NCBI GenBank assembly: GCA_963776275.1
Contig: CAVZMI010000014.1
Span: forward strand, 96,001 to 160,000
Length of the DNA stretch: 64,000 nucleotides
Origin: Ignavibacteriota bacterium
GTDB lineage: Bacteria > Bacteroidota > Ignavibacteria > UBA10030 > CAVZMI01
Direction of reading: 5' to 3'
Shown here: positions 1 through 10,069 of the stretch, piece after piece
How positions within the stretch are numbered: the first letter of the stretch is position 1
How the letters are laid out: the number at the start of each line of letters is the position of its first letter
The notes under the pieces: model-generated
What the model saw: only the letters and a program-made list of their open reading frames with translations
Told to the model about the DNA's origin: nothing
The model's database searches: none
Made by a program: the position numbers and the translations under genes

Positions 1-1
1 T

Positions 2-1516
2 CAGCTCATCGTCGATGGAAAACCATTCCTGATGCTTGCCGGGGAATTAGGAAATTCAAGTGCATCAGATCTGGAATATATGAGACTCATTTGGCCCAGG
101 TTGGTAAAGATGCATTTGAATACCGTTCTCGTTCCGGTGTATTGGGAACTCCTGGAACCGCAAGAAGGGAAATTCGATTTTACGCTGGTCGATAGTATTA
201 TTCATTCAGCCAGGCGCTACGATCTGAAGGTTGTCTTCCTCTGGTTTGGTAGCTGGAAGAACAGCATGTCGTGTTATGTCCCTCTTTGGATCAAAACGGA
301 TGAGCAGCGATATCCGCGTGCACGCACTAAGGAAGGCATGGCTGAGGAGATACTTACTCCGTTCAGCGATGAGAACAGGAATGCGGACGCCCGCGCTTTC
401 GCCGCATTTATGAAACATATCCGCACGGTGGACGGCATAAACCATACTGTTATCATGGTACAGGTTGAGAACGAGATCGGCATGATTCCTGATGCAAGGG
501 ATTACTGTAAGGAGGCGAATAAACATTTCTCGGAACACGTGCCGACAGAGTTAATGAATTATCTTCAGAAGAATAAGGATCTATTGCCTCCTGAAATTCA
601 TGAACTTTGGCAGAAGGCGGATTTCAAAACATCGGGAACGTGGGAAGAAATTTTTGGGAGGAGCTTGCAAACAGATGAAGTATTCATGGCATGGTATTTT
701 GCGAAGTATACGAACTATGTGGCGGAAGCGGGGAAAAAAGAATATCCATTACCCATGTATGTGAATGCGGCACTGATCCGCCCCGGATACAAGCCCGGGC
801 AGTATCCGAGTGCAGGGCCGCTGCCCCATCTTATCGATATCTGGAGGGCGGCTGCTCCAGAGATAGATTTTTTGGCGCCCGACATTTATTTCAATAATTT
901 TAAGGAGTGGTGCGGGAAATATGATTATCGAAACAATCCGGTATTCATACCGGAAGCAGCCAACAACCAGAGCGTAACTAATGCTTATTATGCGATTGCA
1001 CAGCACAATGCAATGGGTTACAGCCCGTTCTCGATTGAATCGCTTGATGATCCCGAAAACAATCAGGTTTCAAAGGGATATGATGTGCTCCGTCAGCTGG
1101 AGCAGCTGATCATCGAGAACCAGGGAAAGGGAGCGATGGCCGGCGTACTGCTGGATAGCGTAAATCAGACAGAGCGCGTTCAACTCGGAGATTTCACTTT
1201 CAACTTTAAACATGAGTATAGCTGGCGGTATGCGTTCCGATCCGGTGTCGATACGCCGAGGGTCGGTGGGATGATCGTCATGCTCTCTCTGGAGGAGTTC
1301 TTGATTGCCGGCAGCGGGATCATAGTAACATTTGAGTCGCGGACAGACGACAGTGCCATCGCAGGAATTGCATGCATCGATGAGGGCAAGTTTGTCAATG
1401 GCAAATGGGTTGCAGGTCGTCGCATGAATGGAGACCAGGATCATCAGGGAAGGCAAATGCATTTGCCAGGCGGATCGTTCGGAATTCAGAAAGTGAAACT
1501 CTACAAGTACCGATGA
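2..1516 (+). CDS. GH35-like beta-galactosidase (DUF5597 C-terminal domain); 5'-truncated by the window edge
   Basis: Frame is open from base 2 (QLIVDGKPFLMLAGELGNSS). Motifs WELLEPQEGKFDF, WFGSWKN, MVQVENEIG, YPSAGP, IDFLAPDIY and FIPE are typical of Cellvibrio/Xanthomonas-type GH35. Confidence 0.85.
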   Translation, partial: QLIVDGKPFLMLAGELGNSSASDLEYMRLIWPRLVKMHLNTVLVPVYWELLEPQEGKFDFTLVDSIIHSARRYDLKVVFLWFGSWKNSMSCYVPLWIKTDEQRYPRARTKEGMAEEILTPFSDENRNADARAFAAFMKHIRTVDGINHTVIMVQVENEIGMIPDARDYCKEANKHFSEHVPTELMNYLQKNKDLLPPEIHELWQKADFKTSGTWEEIFGRSLQTDEVFMAWYFAKYTNYVAEAGKKEYPLPMYVNAALIRPGYKPGQYPSAGPLPHLIDIWRAAAPEIDFLAPDIYFNNFKEWCGKYDYRNNPVFIPEAANNQSVTNAYYAIAQHNAMGYSPFSIESLDDPENNQVSKGYDVLRQLEQLIIENQGKGAMAGVLLDSVNQTERVQLGDFTFNFKHEYSWRYAFRSGVDTPRVGGMIVMLSLEEFLIAGSGIIVTFESRTDDSAIAGIACIDEGKFVNGKWVAGRRMNGDQDHQGRQMHLPGGSFGIQKVKLYKYR

Positions 1517-1650
1517 AATGTCTTCAATGTCGCGGTTCAGAGTCTGCCATATCAAAAGTGAGTTAAAAATATAAGAGATGGTTTTCGGTATATTCCTTTT
1601 GATAAAAGGAAAAATGAGATAAGATTCAATGCAGTGAAAAAGGGTAGCTG

Positions 1651-1692
1651 AAAAAAGAAAAAGCCGGCTCCAAAGAACCGGCTTTCTTCTTC
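1651..1692. terminator. Intrinsic terminator hairpin (stronger U-tract on the minus strand)
   Basis: aagaaaaagccgg-ctccaaagaa-ccggctttcttc inverted repeat with an A-tract on the left. Confidence 0.7.
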
Positions 1693-1728
1693 ATTCACTA
1701 TTCACAACTCACAATTCACTATTTATTT

Positions 1729-1743
1729 GTGTCCCCAACGGGA
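1729..1743 (-). other. Possible tRNA-Glu 3'-end fragment (att-like)
   Basis: Minus strand reads TCCCGTTGGGGACAC, resembling the 3' T-arm/acceptor strand of tRNA-Glu, followed on that strand by a terminator. No full tRNA is present. Confidence 0.3.
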
Positions 1744-1925
1744 CATAATCAAAAGGAGTGTTTTTTACCGAGTTTTATCGATTTTGTTGAGATTCCTGTA
1801 CGATTTCTCATTTAGGGTATTATGGAGGGGATCGGATGGAGCAAAAAAGTCTTTATCATTTTTTAGCTCAAATGATCCGATTTGATTTGACGACATAACA
1901 ATATTTTTTCTGAAAGAAACAGTTT

Positions 1926-3065
1926 ATGAAAAGGATTGTTTTGCTCTTAGAATCATCACGTGAATTCGGAAGACAATTAATTATCGGTATTGCCCATTAC
2001 TCAAGGCTCAACGGTTCATGGCCTTTTTTAATGAGCCGATAGATCTAAAATCGTCAATTCCTCATTTAACTAGCTGGAAACCGGACGGAATCATTATGCG
2101 TGATTCTTTAGTATCAAAAGAATTGCTGAAACTAAAAATTCCAACAATCCTTGCTATTCATGATTCTTCATATCCAAAAGATGTCCCGGTAATAAAAACA
2201 GATTCCTGTTCAATTGCGAGATTGGCAAGCAAGCATTTTATTGAAAGAGGGTTTAAAAATCTTGCCTTCTGCGGTTTCGATAATTATGACTGGTCTGAGG
2301 GGCGTAAATTATTTTTTAACCGATTCAATAATGAAGCCGGCATTAAAACCTATAATTTTCGCCAATCAAAAAAAATTAAAAACTATAACTGGGAAAATGA
2401 ACAGAAGCATGTGAGAAAATGGATTGCGGGTTTGCCAAAACCTGTCGGTATATTTGCCTGTAATGACGACCGTGGACATCATATACTGGAGGTATGTAAA
2501 TTGGACAATTTAAGAGTCCCGGAGGATGTCGCAGTGATAGGTGTTGATAATGACCCGCTGATATGCGAATTAGAAGATCCACCACTTACAAGTATTGCTT
2601 TAAATGTTGAATCTGCAGGTTTTGAAGCTGCAAAACTATTGGATCAATTAATGAATAAAAAGAAGATTGTTGGAAGTCAAATAATGGTTACTCCAAGTCA
2701 TATAGTTCAAAGACAATCTTCAGACATTCTTGCTGTCGATGACACCGAGGTCGCCCAGGCAATTCACTATATCATGAACAATGCAAAAAATAAAATTCTT
2801 GTTCAGAGACGTCGTAAAAGCAACCAGCATCAGCAGACGATCACTGGAGAAACGGTTCAGAAAATCCTTTCACAGATCCATCTATAATGAAATACAACAG
2901 GTCCGTGTTGAATTGATTTCAAAATTACTCATAGAAACCGACCTGCCTATTTCCCAAATCACTTCTTCTTTTAGTTTTACGGACTGCGAGCATATTTCCC
3001 GCTTTTTTAAGAAAGAAAAAGGGATCGGCTTGCGTGAATTTCGTAAATTTCATAAACCTCTCTGA
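1926..3065 (+). CDS. xylR: XylR-type transcriptional activator (LacI-like sugar-binding domain + AraC HTH), two frameshifts (~2022, ~2800)
   Basis: MKRIVLLLESSREFGRQLIIGIAHY from ATG 1926 joins ORF 2018..2887 (LPKPVGIFACND, VPEDVAVIGVDND, RQSSD) and ORF 2781..3065 (SRRSLEKRF...HISRFFKKEKG). Architecture matches E. coli XylR. Confidence 0.88.
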
Positions 3066-3072
3066 TATCTCT

Positions 3073-3140
3073 CCCGTACGCTATTTGGTTAATTAATAGT
3101 ACAAAATGGCTACTATTTGAACGTCTATGTATTTATTATT
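3073..3140 (+). promoter_or_regulatory. Conserved promoter/operator element copy 1 (putative XylR-activated promoter)
   Basis: cccgtacgctatttggttaattaatagtacaaaatggctactatttgaacgtctatgtatttattatt; closely related copies at 21393-21460 (-) and 23572-23633 (+). Confidence 0.8.
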
Positions 3141-3223
3141 TAGAATATTATGGGAGAGTAATTACCGTCGTTTTCTGTCCTCTAATAATTTGATTCATTC
3201 ACTTTTTTTAGGAGAGACCACAT

Positions 3224-4258
3224 ATGGGTAAAAAATTAAATTATGTTATGTTTTTAGTACTGTTGGCAACCATACATATTAATTTGACCGCTCAGGGAGT
3301 TGATCCGGGGACTGTGAATCTGACCCATTCATGGACATTCAATGATGGAACGACAAATGATCATATTGGTGGCGCCAATGGTACGTTGATGGGGACCGCC
3401 GAGGTATATGAGGGTTCGCTGCTGGCGGTAAATCCTGGCGCATATATGGAAATGCCTGCAGATAAAATCGCGATAAACACATATACCGAAGTTACCATTG
3501 AAGCATGGTTTAGGTCGGTTGCTAATGGAAATACCGGTTATACTATGCTGGCCTTTTTTGGTGATACAAAGAATAGAGTGGGTGTAGACGGCTATTTTAT
3601 ATGCTCGGCAAGGGGCGATAATAAAAGCCGTGCAGCAATCTCCTGCGGCGTGTATTCAAGTCCATGGAACGGCGAAGACGGGGCAAACGGCCCCGAATAT
3701 GACGACGGTGAACTTCATCATATGGTGAGCACTCTGAATGCGACAGAAATAACATTGTATATTGATGGACTGCTCCAGGCATCCGCTCCTCTGGATACGA
3801 ACAACAGTATCGCGAGATTAGGTACAACTCATGCGTATCTTGTAAAAAGCGGATATGAGGATGATGCTACATGGTTGGGTGAGATACTTGAATTTAACAT
3901 GTATAACAAGACTCTGTCGGCGGATGAAGTGCTCTTTCTTTTCAACAGAGGTGCCAGTACGACGGGTGTCGAGAAGGAGATTGCGGGTACTCCGAAGGAA
4001 TATCGCTTGTTACAGAATTATCCAAATCCCTTCAACCCGACGACGACGATTGAATTCGCATTGCCCCGGCGCAGCACTGTTCGTCTTGTCCTTGTAAACA
4101 CAATGGGTCAGGTTGTACGGGAATTAGCTGACGGAGAATTCACAGCGGGCATCCATAGAGTGAAATTAGATGCTTCCAATCTGGCATCGGGCGTTTATTT
4201 TTGCAGAATGCAGTCCGATAATTTTGTCGATGCAAAAAAAATTGTGCTTATGAAGTGA
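3224..4258 (+). CDS. Secreted LamG/concanavalin-A-like lectin-fold protein with T9SS CTD
   Basis: Signal peptide; HSWTFND, VTIEAW, DDGELHHMV, TLYIDG, GEILEFNMYNKTLS (Laminin_G_3 pattern); C-terminal QNYPNPFNPTT...SGVYFCR...KKIVLMK. Confidence 0.8.
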   Translation: MGKKLNYVMFLVLLATIHINLTAQGVDPGTVNLTHSWTFNDGTTNDHIGGANGTLMGTAEVYEGSLLAVNPGAYMEMPADKIAINTYTEVTIEAWFRSVANGNTGYTMLAFFGDTKNRVGVDGYFICSARGDNKSRAAISCGVYSSPWNGEDGANGPEYDDGELHHMVSTLNATEITLYIDGLLQASAPLDTNNSIARLGTTHAYLVKSGYEDDATWLGEILEFNMYNKTLSADEVLFLFNRGASTTGVEKEIAGTPKEYRLLQNYPNPFNPTTTIEFALPRRSTVRLVLVNTMGQVVRELADGEFTAGIHRVKLDASNLASGVYFCRMQSDNFVDAKKIVLMK

Positions 4259-4303
4259 GTTTATGGTGCACGTCTCCAGGATCGGACTGTGTTTGTCGTT
4301 AGT

Positions 4304-4860
4304 CCGGCTTAAGAGACTCAAGAGATTTTGCCATGGTAGAACATTCTCAGGAGGTAGCAGCGTCCCGCCGACAATTTACCGAAGAAGAAAAGACCTAAAT
4401 CGCGCTTGAAGGAATGAGCTGCAGCATCGCGGTTGCCGAGCTTTGTCGGAGGCACGGGATTTACGAACACTATTCCGTCCTTCAGGGAACAATGGCGCGA
4501 ACAGTTTATCGAAACAGATCGTCAGCGTTTTGAAGCCGGCGGTAAGAACGATATCGTGAAAGTGAAGGACCGGGAGATCGCGAAGCTGAAGGAACGTAAC
4601 GGCGATCTGACGCATGACAATGAAGCTTTTAAAAAAGCCAGCGACGAGGGGAAAAAAACCATCGGTCCGATCACTTCCTCGGCCGATTTCACGGTTATAG
4701 CGATTAGTTGGTATCAACCGCAGCCGTTTATACTACACACCTCGGTATCACCAACGAGCAACGAGTAACGAGTAACGACAAAACAGATCTCCTGAAAGAC
4801 CTTGCCGGTTTATATTCTCCGTTCGGTTACCGGAGAATAACTGTCATGGCCGGATATTTG
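4304..4860 (+). mobile_element. Degenerate IS3-family element, 5' part (left end, orfA, start of orfB)
   Basis: Broken frames give SRRQFTEEEK*IALEG, VAELCRRHGI, KDREIAKLKE..GDLTHDNE (OrfA-like) and SPFGYRRITVM (OrfB HTH motif), with stops and frameshifts. Confidence 0.7.
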
Positions 4861-4894
4861 AGTATGGGAGGAATGAGGAGGATCATAAATCGCA

Positions 4895-7800
4895 ATGAAA
4901 AAAACAACCTATTATCGACACGATATTTTCATAATCGCCATCGCATTTTTGATGCTTACGACGGTTCAAGCATTCTCGCAGCCGCTGGCAAGCGGATACG
5001 ACAAATTCATCGGTAATGTATTCGATTCGGGAAATCCCCCTGATAAATTTGAGTTGTACTGGAATCAGGTCACGCCCGGAAACGCCGGGAAGTGGATGTA
5101 TGTGGAACCGGTACGGGATGCCTACTCGTGGTCGCAGCTCGACATAATGTATCAATACTGCATACAGCGGGGAATTCCTTTCAAATATCACTGCTTGATA
5201 TGGGCGGCACAGCAACCGACGTGGATTACGACGCTCGATTCCGCTTCCCAGGCACACGAAGTCGAGGAATTCATCCGTTTGGTCGGCGAACGATACCCGC
5301 AAATGAGCTCTATCGACGTGGTGAACGAGCCTCTGCCGGGTCACAACCAGGCTGGGTATCGGAACGCTCTCGGCGGAGCCGGCACGACGGGATGGGACTG
5401 GGTCATCACCGCGTTTCGATGGGCACGTCAGTATTGCGCTCCGGGAGTGAAACTCATCCTGAACGATTTCGGCATCATCAACAGCAACAGCAATACCGAC
5501 GCATTCCTTGTCATCATTAATCTTCTCAAAGAGAGAGGATTAATCGATGCCATCGGCGTCCAGGGACACCGGTTCGAACTCGAAGGTGCTACAGCAAACG
5601 CCATCACGTATAATCTGAATCGACTCGCGGCGACGGGACTGCTGATCTATATTTCCGAGTTCGATGTGGCACCAAGCAATATCGTAAATGACAACACACA
5701 GCTGACAGAAATGCAGCGTGTTTTTCCTGTGCTCTGGACACACCCGGGCGTGAAAGGCATTACATTCTGGGGATACCTGGCGGGATCGATGTGGCAAACT
5801 GGTGCATACCTGATTCGGTCCGATGGAACCGAGCGTCCGGCTCTGCAGTGGCTGCGAAATTACCTGACTGCAGCGGGCAGTTTCCGCTCCCACAGAAGCG
5901 GCCCCTGGAACGATGTCAACACATGGGAGCGGTACGACGGGAGTTCGTGGATCACCCCCGCACTAACGCTGCCGTCAACTACGTCGAAGATCGTCTCGGT
6001 GGAAAGTGGAGACACCGTTGCAGTCGCAGTCACCGATTCGATCGACCAACTCTGGATATCGCAGGGCGCCGGAATTGTCATTAATCCCGGAAAGACGTTG
6101 ACGGTACAGCACGGCGATCCGCTCGACATCAGCGGTGCGGATATGTTCATTAATGGTTTCGTGAAGTGTTTTGGAACCCTCGCAGCGGGAACCGGCGCAT
6201 CGATTTTCTTCGGGAACGGCAGCTCCTATGCGCACGAACAAAACGGAGGAGCGCTGCCGAAAGCGACATGGGGAGCCGGCTCCGTCTGCATTCTCGATAG
6301 CCTCAAGAATTCGGCTCCAACGAACGGAAATCAGAATTTTTCCGATATCATGTGGAACTCACCCGGCCAAACCGAAAACCTCGGTCTCGGCTGGAACGGC
6401 AACACGATCAGCGGCACTATCACGATTCAGAATACGGGAACAGGGATATGGAATTTCTGCAGCCCTACCGCCGGGGAACGAGATACCGTTAATCTCAATG
6501 GCGATGTCGTACAGTCGGGTGGTCAGGTAGCGGCATGCGGATCTGATGATGCAACCGCGTCGGTCATCGTTAGTCACACCGGAAATATCAACATCACCGG
6601 AGGAAATTTCTCGATTTCCAGAGGTTCCGGTGGTAACGTCATATGGAATCTTGACAGTGGAAATGTATCGATAAAAAATGCAATGACGCAAAATGATTTC
6701 GGGAGTAACGGGAGTCTCGTATTCTGCGGAAACGGTATCGTTCAGACATTGACACTCTCCGGTGTGACATACGGAACGGGTGGATTGCCGGTTGAGGTCG
6801 ACAGCGGTGCCACTCTCAGTATGGGAACAAGTATCCTCGATGGAGAAGGAAATTTTCGGCTGAAACCCGGAGCAACATTTCAGACCGGCCATACAGGAGG
6901 CTTGGATTCCTCCATCATTACGACGGGCATCAGGAATTTCAGCACTTCGGCGTATTATGCATTCAATGGCACAAAAAACATGATTACGGGGATTTCTATT
7001 CCCGATACAGTAGCACGGTTAACTATTAATTGCTCTCAGAATTTGACGCTCTCGAAGAATCTCGTAGTCAATGAAATGGTGGAGATGAAAAAAGGCCACC
7101 TCCTGAACGGCGGCAACATATTGACCTATGGATCAGCTGCAACCTTGAAATACTCAGGATTTATGTCGCAGACATCGTCGGATAATGAATTCCCCGAGAT
7201 TGCAGGTCCGAAGAATCTCATCGCTGCCACCGAAAACGGTCTTATACTCCATTCATCCCGGACGATCGGTGGTACGCTTTCACTACAACGAAAAATGACG
7301 CTCGGTGCAAATTCACTAACTGCATCCTTGACATCCGATGCAACCCCGACCGCCTATGTCGTAACAAACGGCACCGGTAGTCTGAAACTGACGTTAGATG
7401 GAACAGAGGAAACACTTTTTCCGGTAGGGACGGCGACAGCATATGCGCCTGTCTGGATCAGTAATGCCGGAATACCTGATACCCTCGGTGTGAACGTCGT
7501 GTCTGATACTTCGTCAGCCCCGTACGGCGGACGCGTCAACGCGTGCTGGAAAATTGATGAAAATACCCAGGGCGGAGGAAATTATACCTTGCGGTTCGGC
7601 TGGAGTCCCGCACTGGAAAATTCGGCCTTCTCAGCCGATCGCTCCCATAATGCGCGAATATTTCTTCTTTCCGATACGACCGAAGCGGGAACCGGCGCCT
7701 ATACAACCGACTTCTTGACGGCTCCGTACAGCGTTTCGCGCGGAGGTATCACGACACTCGGACTGTTCGGCGTCGGTAGGTTCGGATTCCTGACGGATGC

Positions 7801-8104
7801 GGTGGAACGAAACGACGGCGTTCCAAAAGAAATCCGACTAGCACAGAATTACCCGAATCCGTTCAATCCAACCACCATGATTGTCTATGAACTCCCGTCG
7901 GCGATGAATGTGACCCTCGTAATCACCAATGTTCTCGGGGTGAAGGTTCGGACAGTCGTTGATACACGACAATCAGCTGGTAGATTCTCGACCGTTTGGG
8001 ATGGCACCGACGATCAGCGCCGGATGGTTGCGACGGGGATTTATTTTTATACCCTTACAGCCGGCGACTTGAAATTAACGAAAAAAATGCTTTTGATGAA
8101 ATAA
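4895..8104 (+). CDS. GH10 endo-1,4-beta-xylanase + ~630-aa Gly/Thr/Asn-rich accessory module + T9SS CTD
   Basis: WNQVTPGNAGKW, HCLIW..QQP, DVVNEP (acid/base), IGVQGH, YISEFDV (nucleophile), ITFWGY; CTD QNYPNPFNP...KKMLLMK. Confidence 0.92.
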   Translation: MKKTTYYRHDIFIIAIAFLMLTTVQAFSQPLASGYDKFIGNVFDSGNPPDKFELYWNQVTPGNAGKWMYVEPVRDAYSWSQLDIMYQYCIQRGIPFKYHCLIWAAQQPTWITTLDSASQAHEVEEFIRLVGERYPQMSSIDVVNEPLPGHNQAGYRNALGGAGTTGWDWVITAFRWARQYCAPGVKLILNDFGIINSNSNTDAFLVIINLLKERGLIDAIGVQGHRFELEGATANAITYNLNRLAATGLLIYISEFDVAPSNIVNDNTQLTEMQRVFPVLWTHPGVKGITFWGYLAGSMWQTGAYLIRSDGTERPALQWLRNYLTAAGSFRSHRSGPWNDVNTWERYDGSSWITPALTLPSTTSKIVSVESGDTVAVAVTDSIDQLWISQGAGIVINPGKTLTVQHGDPLDISGADMFINGFVKCFGTLAAGTGASIFFGNGSSYAHEQNGGALPKATWGAGSVCILDSLKNSAPTNGNQNFSDIMWNSPGQTENLGLGWNGNTISGTITIQNTGTGIWNFCSPTAGERDTVNLNGDVVQSGGQVAACGSDDATASVIVSHTGNINITGGNFSISRGSGGNVIWNLDSGNVSIKNAMTQNDFGSNGSLVFCGNGIVQTLTLSGVTYGTGGLPVEVDSGATLSMGTSILDGEGNFRLKPGATFQTGHTGGLDSSIITTGIRNFSTSAYYAFNGTKNMITGISIPDTVARLTINCSQNLTLSKNLVVNEMVEMKKGHLLNGGNILTYGSAATLKYSGFMSQTSSDNEFPEIAGPKNLIAATENGLILHSSRTIGGTLSLQRKMTLGANSLTASLTSDATPTAYVVTNGTGSLKLTLDGTEETLFPVGTATAYAPVWISNAGIPDTLGVNVVSDTSSAPYGGRVNACWKIDENTQGGGNYTLRFGWSPALENSAFSADRSHNARIFLLSDTTEAGTGAYTTDFLTAPYSVSRGGITTLGLFGVGRFGFLTDAVERNDGVPKEIRLAQNYPNPFNPTTMIVYELPSAMNVTLVITNVLGVKVRTVVDTRQSAGRFSTVWDGTDDQRRMVATGIYFYTLTAGDLKLTKKMLLMK

Positions 8105-8143
8105 CACCCCCACGAGAAAATAATTGTAAGCAAAGAAAACGAT

Positions 8144-9754
8144 ATGAGAAAATTTACGATATTCATCATTTCAGTGGTCATATGCTTCGGTTCCGGTATC
8201 ATACTGGCGGCGTCCGGAACGGTGAAGGCAAAAGAAAATCATCAGACGATGGTCGGATTCGGCGCATCGATTGCCTGGTACACGGAAACGCTCGCGAATC
8301 ACCCGCAGAAGGCGGCAATCTACGAATTGATCTTCAACGATCTCGGCCTTGATATCCTGCGGCTGAGAAACAACTACGGCAAACCGGGCGGGGTTGAGAC
8401 ATCGGTTTCAACCATCGTCTCCGATATGAACCTTGTCGCGAACGAACGGCCTCTGATTCTTATGTCGTCGTGGTCGCCGACGTGGGACCTGAAGAGCAAC
8501 ATGAGCGTCAACGGCGGAGGCAACGCCACGCTGAAGAAAGAGAACAACCAGTATGTATACGGCAAATTTGCCAAATACTGGGTCGACGCGTTGACAGCGT
8601 ATCGTGACGCCGGGATCGAACCCGACTACATCAGTATGCAGAACGAGCCGTCGTATGACGCACAATGGGAATCGTGCCGGTTCGACCCAAGCGAAGGGAC
8701 GGTTGCGGGCTATGGAAAAGCTCTCGACACTCTCTGTGCGGCTCTTGATGCGGCAGATCTTCATCCGAAGATTCTTGCGCCGGAAATCCACGGGATCGGG
8801 TACGGTACGCCGGCGAATTATATGTCGACGATCCATAGGAATCTCGTCGATGGATACGATTATCATCTCTATCATGGAAACAGCGGAACAAACAATACCG
8901 ACTACGTAACCCCCGACGGTTTCAACGCCAGTCTCGTATCTGCTGCAAGCGTTTTTAACGGTAAACCAATTTGGCAGACCGAATACGACAGGGGCGACTG
9001 GTTCCAGACGGTCTGGGTGATCCACAACTGTCTGGTTAATGGTAATGTCTCAGCATACCTCTGGTGGGAGTTGACCTGGGGTGAAGGGAGCAAACCGCTC
9101 ATCACGCTCACATCGACTAATTACATAATAAACAAGTTTTACTGGGCATTCCGCCAGTACTCGAAATATATCAGTACCGGTTGGAGGAGGGTAACGTCGA
9201 CGACGAGTGACGACAGCCTCCGCATGTCGGCCTTCGTTAGCCCCGGAGGAGACGCCCTGACGCTTGTGATACTGAATATCGGCACGATATCCAGATCGAT
9301 GGATATCGCGATTGAAGATTTTACAGTTTCCGATGTAACGGTCATACGGACTTCCGACACGGAGGAGGGAAATGAAATAATCTCGTCATACAGCGCATCG
9401 TCGCCAATGGAATTCCCTGCGCACTCTATAACGACACTGGCATTCACAGGTAGTCTCATCACATCGATCGAATCGCCGGCATCAGTTCCAACCGACTTTT
9501 TATTATATCAGAATTATCCCAATCCGTTTAATCCGACCACGACGATTTCGTATACTGTTCCTGCTCGATCGATGGTGCGAATCGAGATCTTCAACGCCAT
9601 CGGACAAAAAGTTGCTACGTTGGTCGATCAGATACAACAAGCCGGCACATATACTGTCCGCTTCGATGCTTCGACTCTCGGCTCTGGTGTCTATTTTTAT
9701 AGAATGATAACGCCTAAAATTACAATGACAAAGGAGATGATTCTCGTGAAGTGA
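8144..9754 (+). CDS. GH30 xylanase-like glycoside hydrolase with T9SS CTD
   Basis: QTMVGFGAS, SSWSP, ISMQNEP, YHLY, IWQTEY, YLWW; C-terminal beta domain and CTD. Confidence 0.85.
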   Translation: MRKFTIFIISVVICFGSGIILAASGTVKAKENHQTMVGFGASIAWYTETLANHPQKAAIYELIFNDLGLDILRLRNNYGKPGGVETSVSTIVSDMNLVANERPLILMSSWSPTWDLKSNMSVNGGGNATLKKENNQYVYGKFAKYWVDALTAYRDAGIEPDYISMQNEPSYDAQWESCRFDPSEGTVAGYGKALDTLCAALDAADLHPKILAPEIHGIGYGTPANYMSTIHRNLVDGYDYHLYHGNSGTNNTDYVTPDGFNASLVSAASVFNGKPIWQTEYDRGDWFQTVWVIHNCLVNGNVSAYLWWELTWGEGSKPLITLTSTNYIINKFYWAFRQYSKYISTGWRRVTSTTSDDSLRMSAFVSPGGDALTLVILNIGTISRSMDIAIEDFTVSDVTVIRTSDTEEGNEIISSYSASSPMEFPAHSITTLAFTGSLITSIESPASVPTDFLLYQNYPNPFNPTTTISYTVPARSMVRIEIFNAIGQKVATLVDQIQQAGTYTVRFDASTLGSGVYFYRMITPKITMTKEMILVK

Positions 9755-10069
9755 GAAGCAGGCGCACATCGGTCTGCGCATAGGTTCTACGTCTGCACGG
9801 ATTAGACGGCAAAAATGTTCGCAGGTAACAACAAACTGGCATTGACGATGCGACGCTTATGAGATCGCTCAAAATATATCATCAACATAACAGAACGAAC
9901 GAGCCGCAAGCACCCGACGCGTTTCCGGAAATCTGCTTATCCGTTGGAGAAAATCTATTTAAAATCAATGCGTTGTAATTGAAGGGAGGTGAATTATCCT
10001 AAAACGTTGATGGATTGAACATCCTGTAAATTACGATTCATTTCAACTAATATGAAAAAGGAGAGAGAA

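Noticed and set aside
9840-9945. Possible REP-associated tyrosine transposase remnant (YIIN...KHP...SAY-like)
   Set aside because: Too short and degenerate to support without a search.
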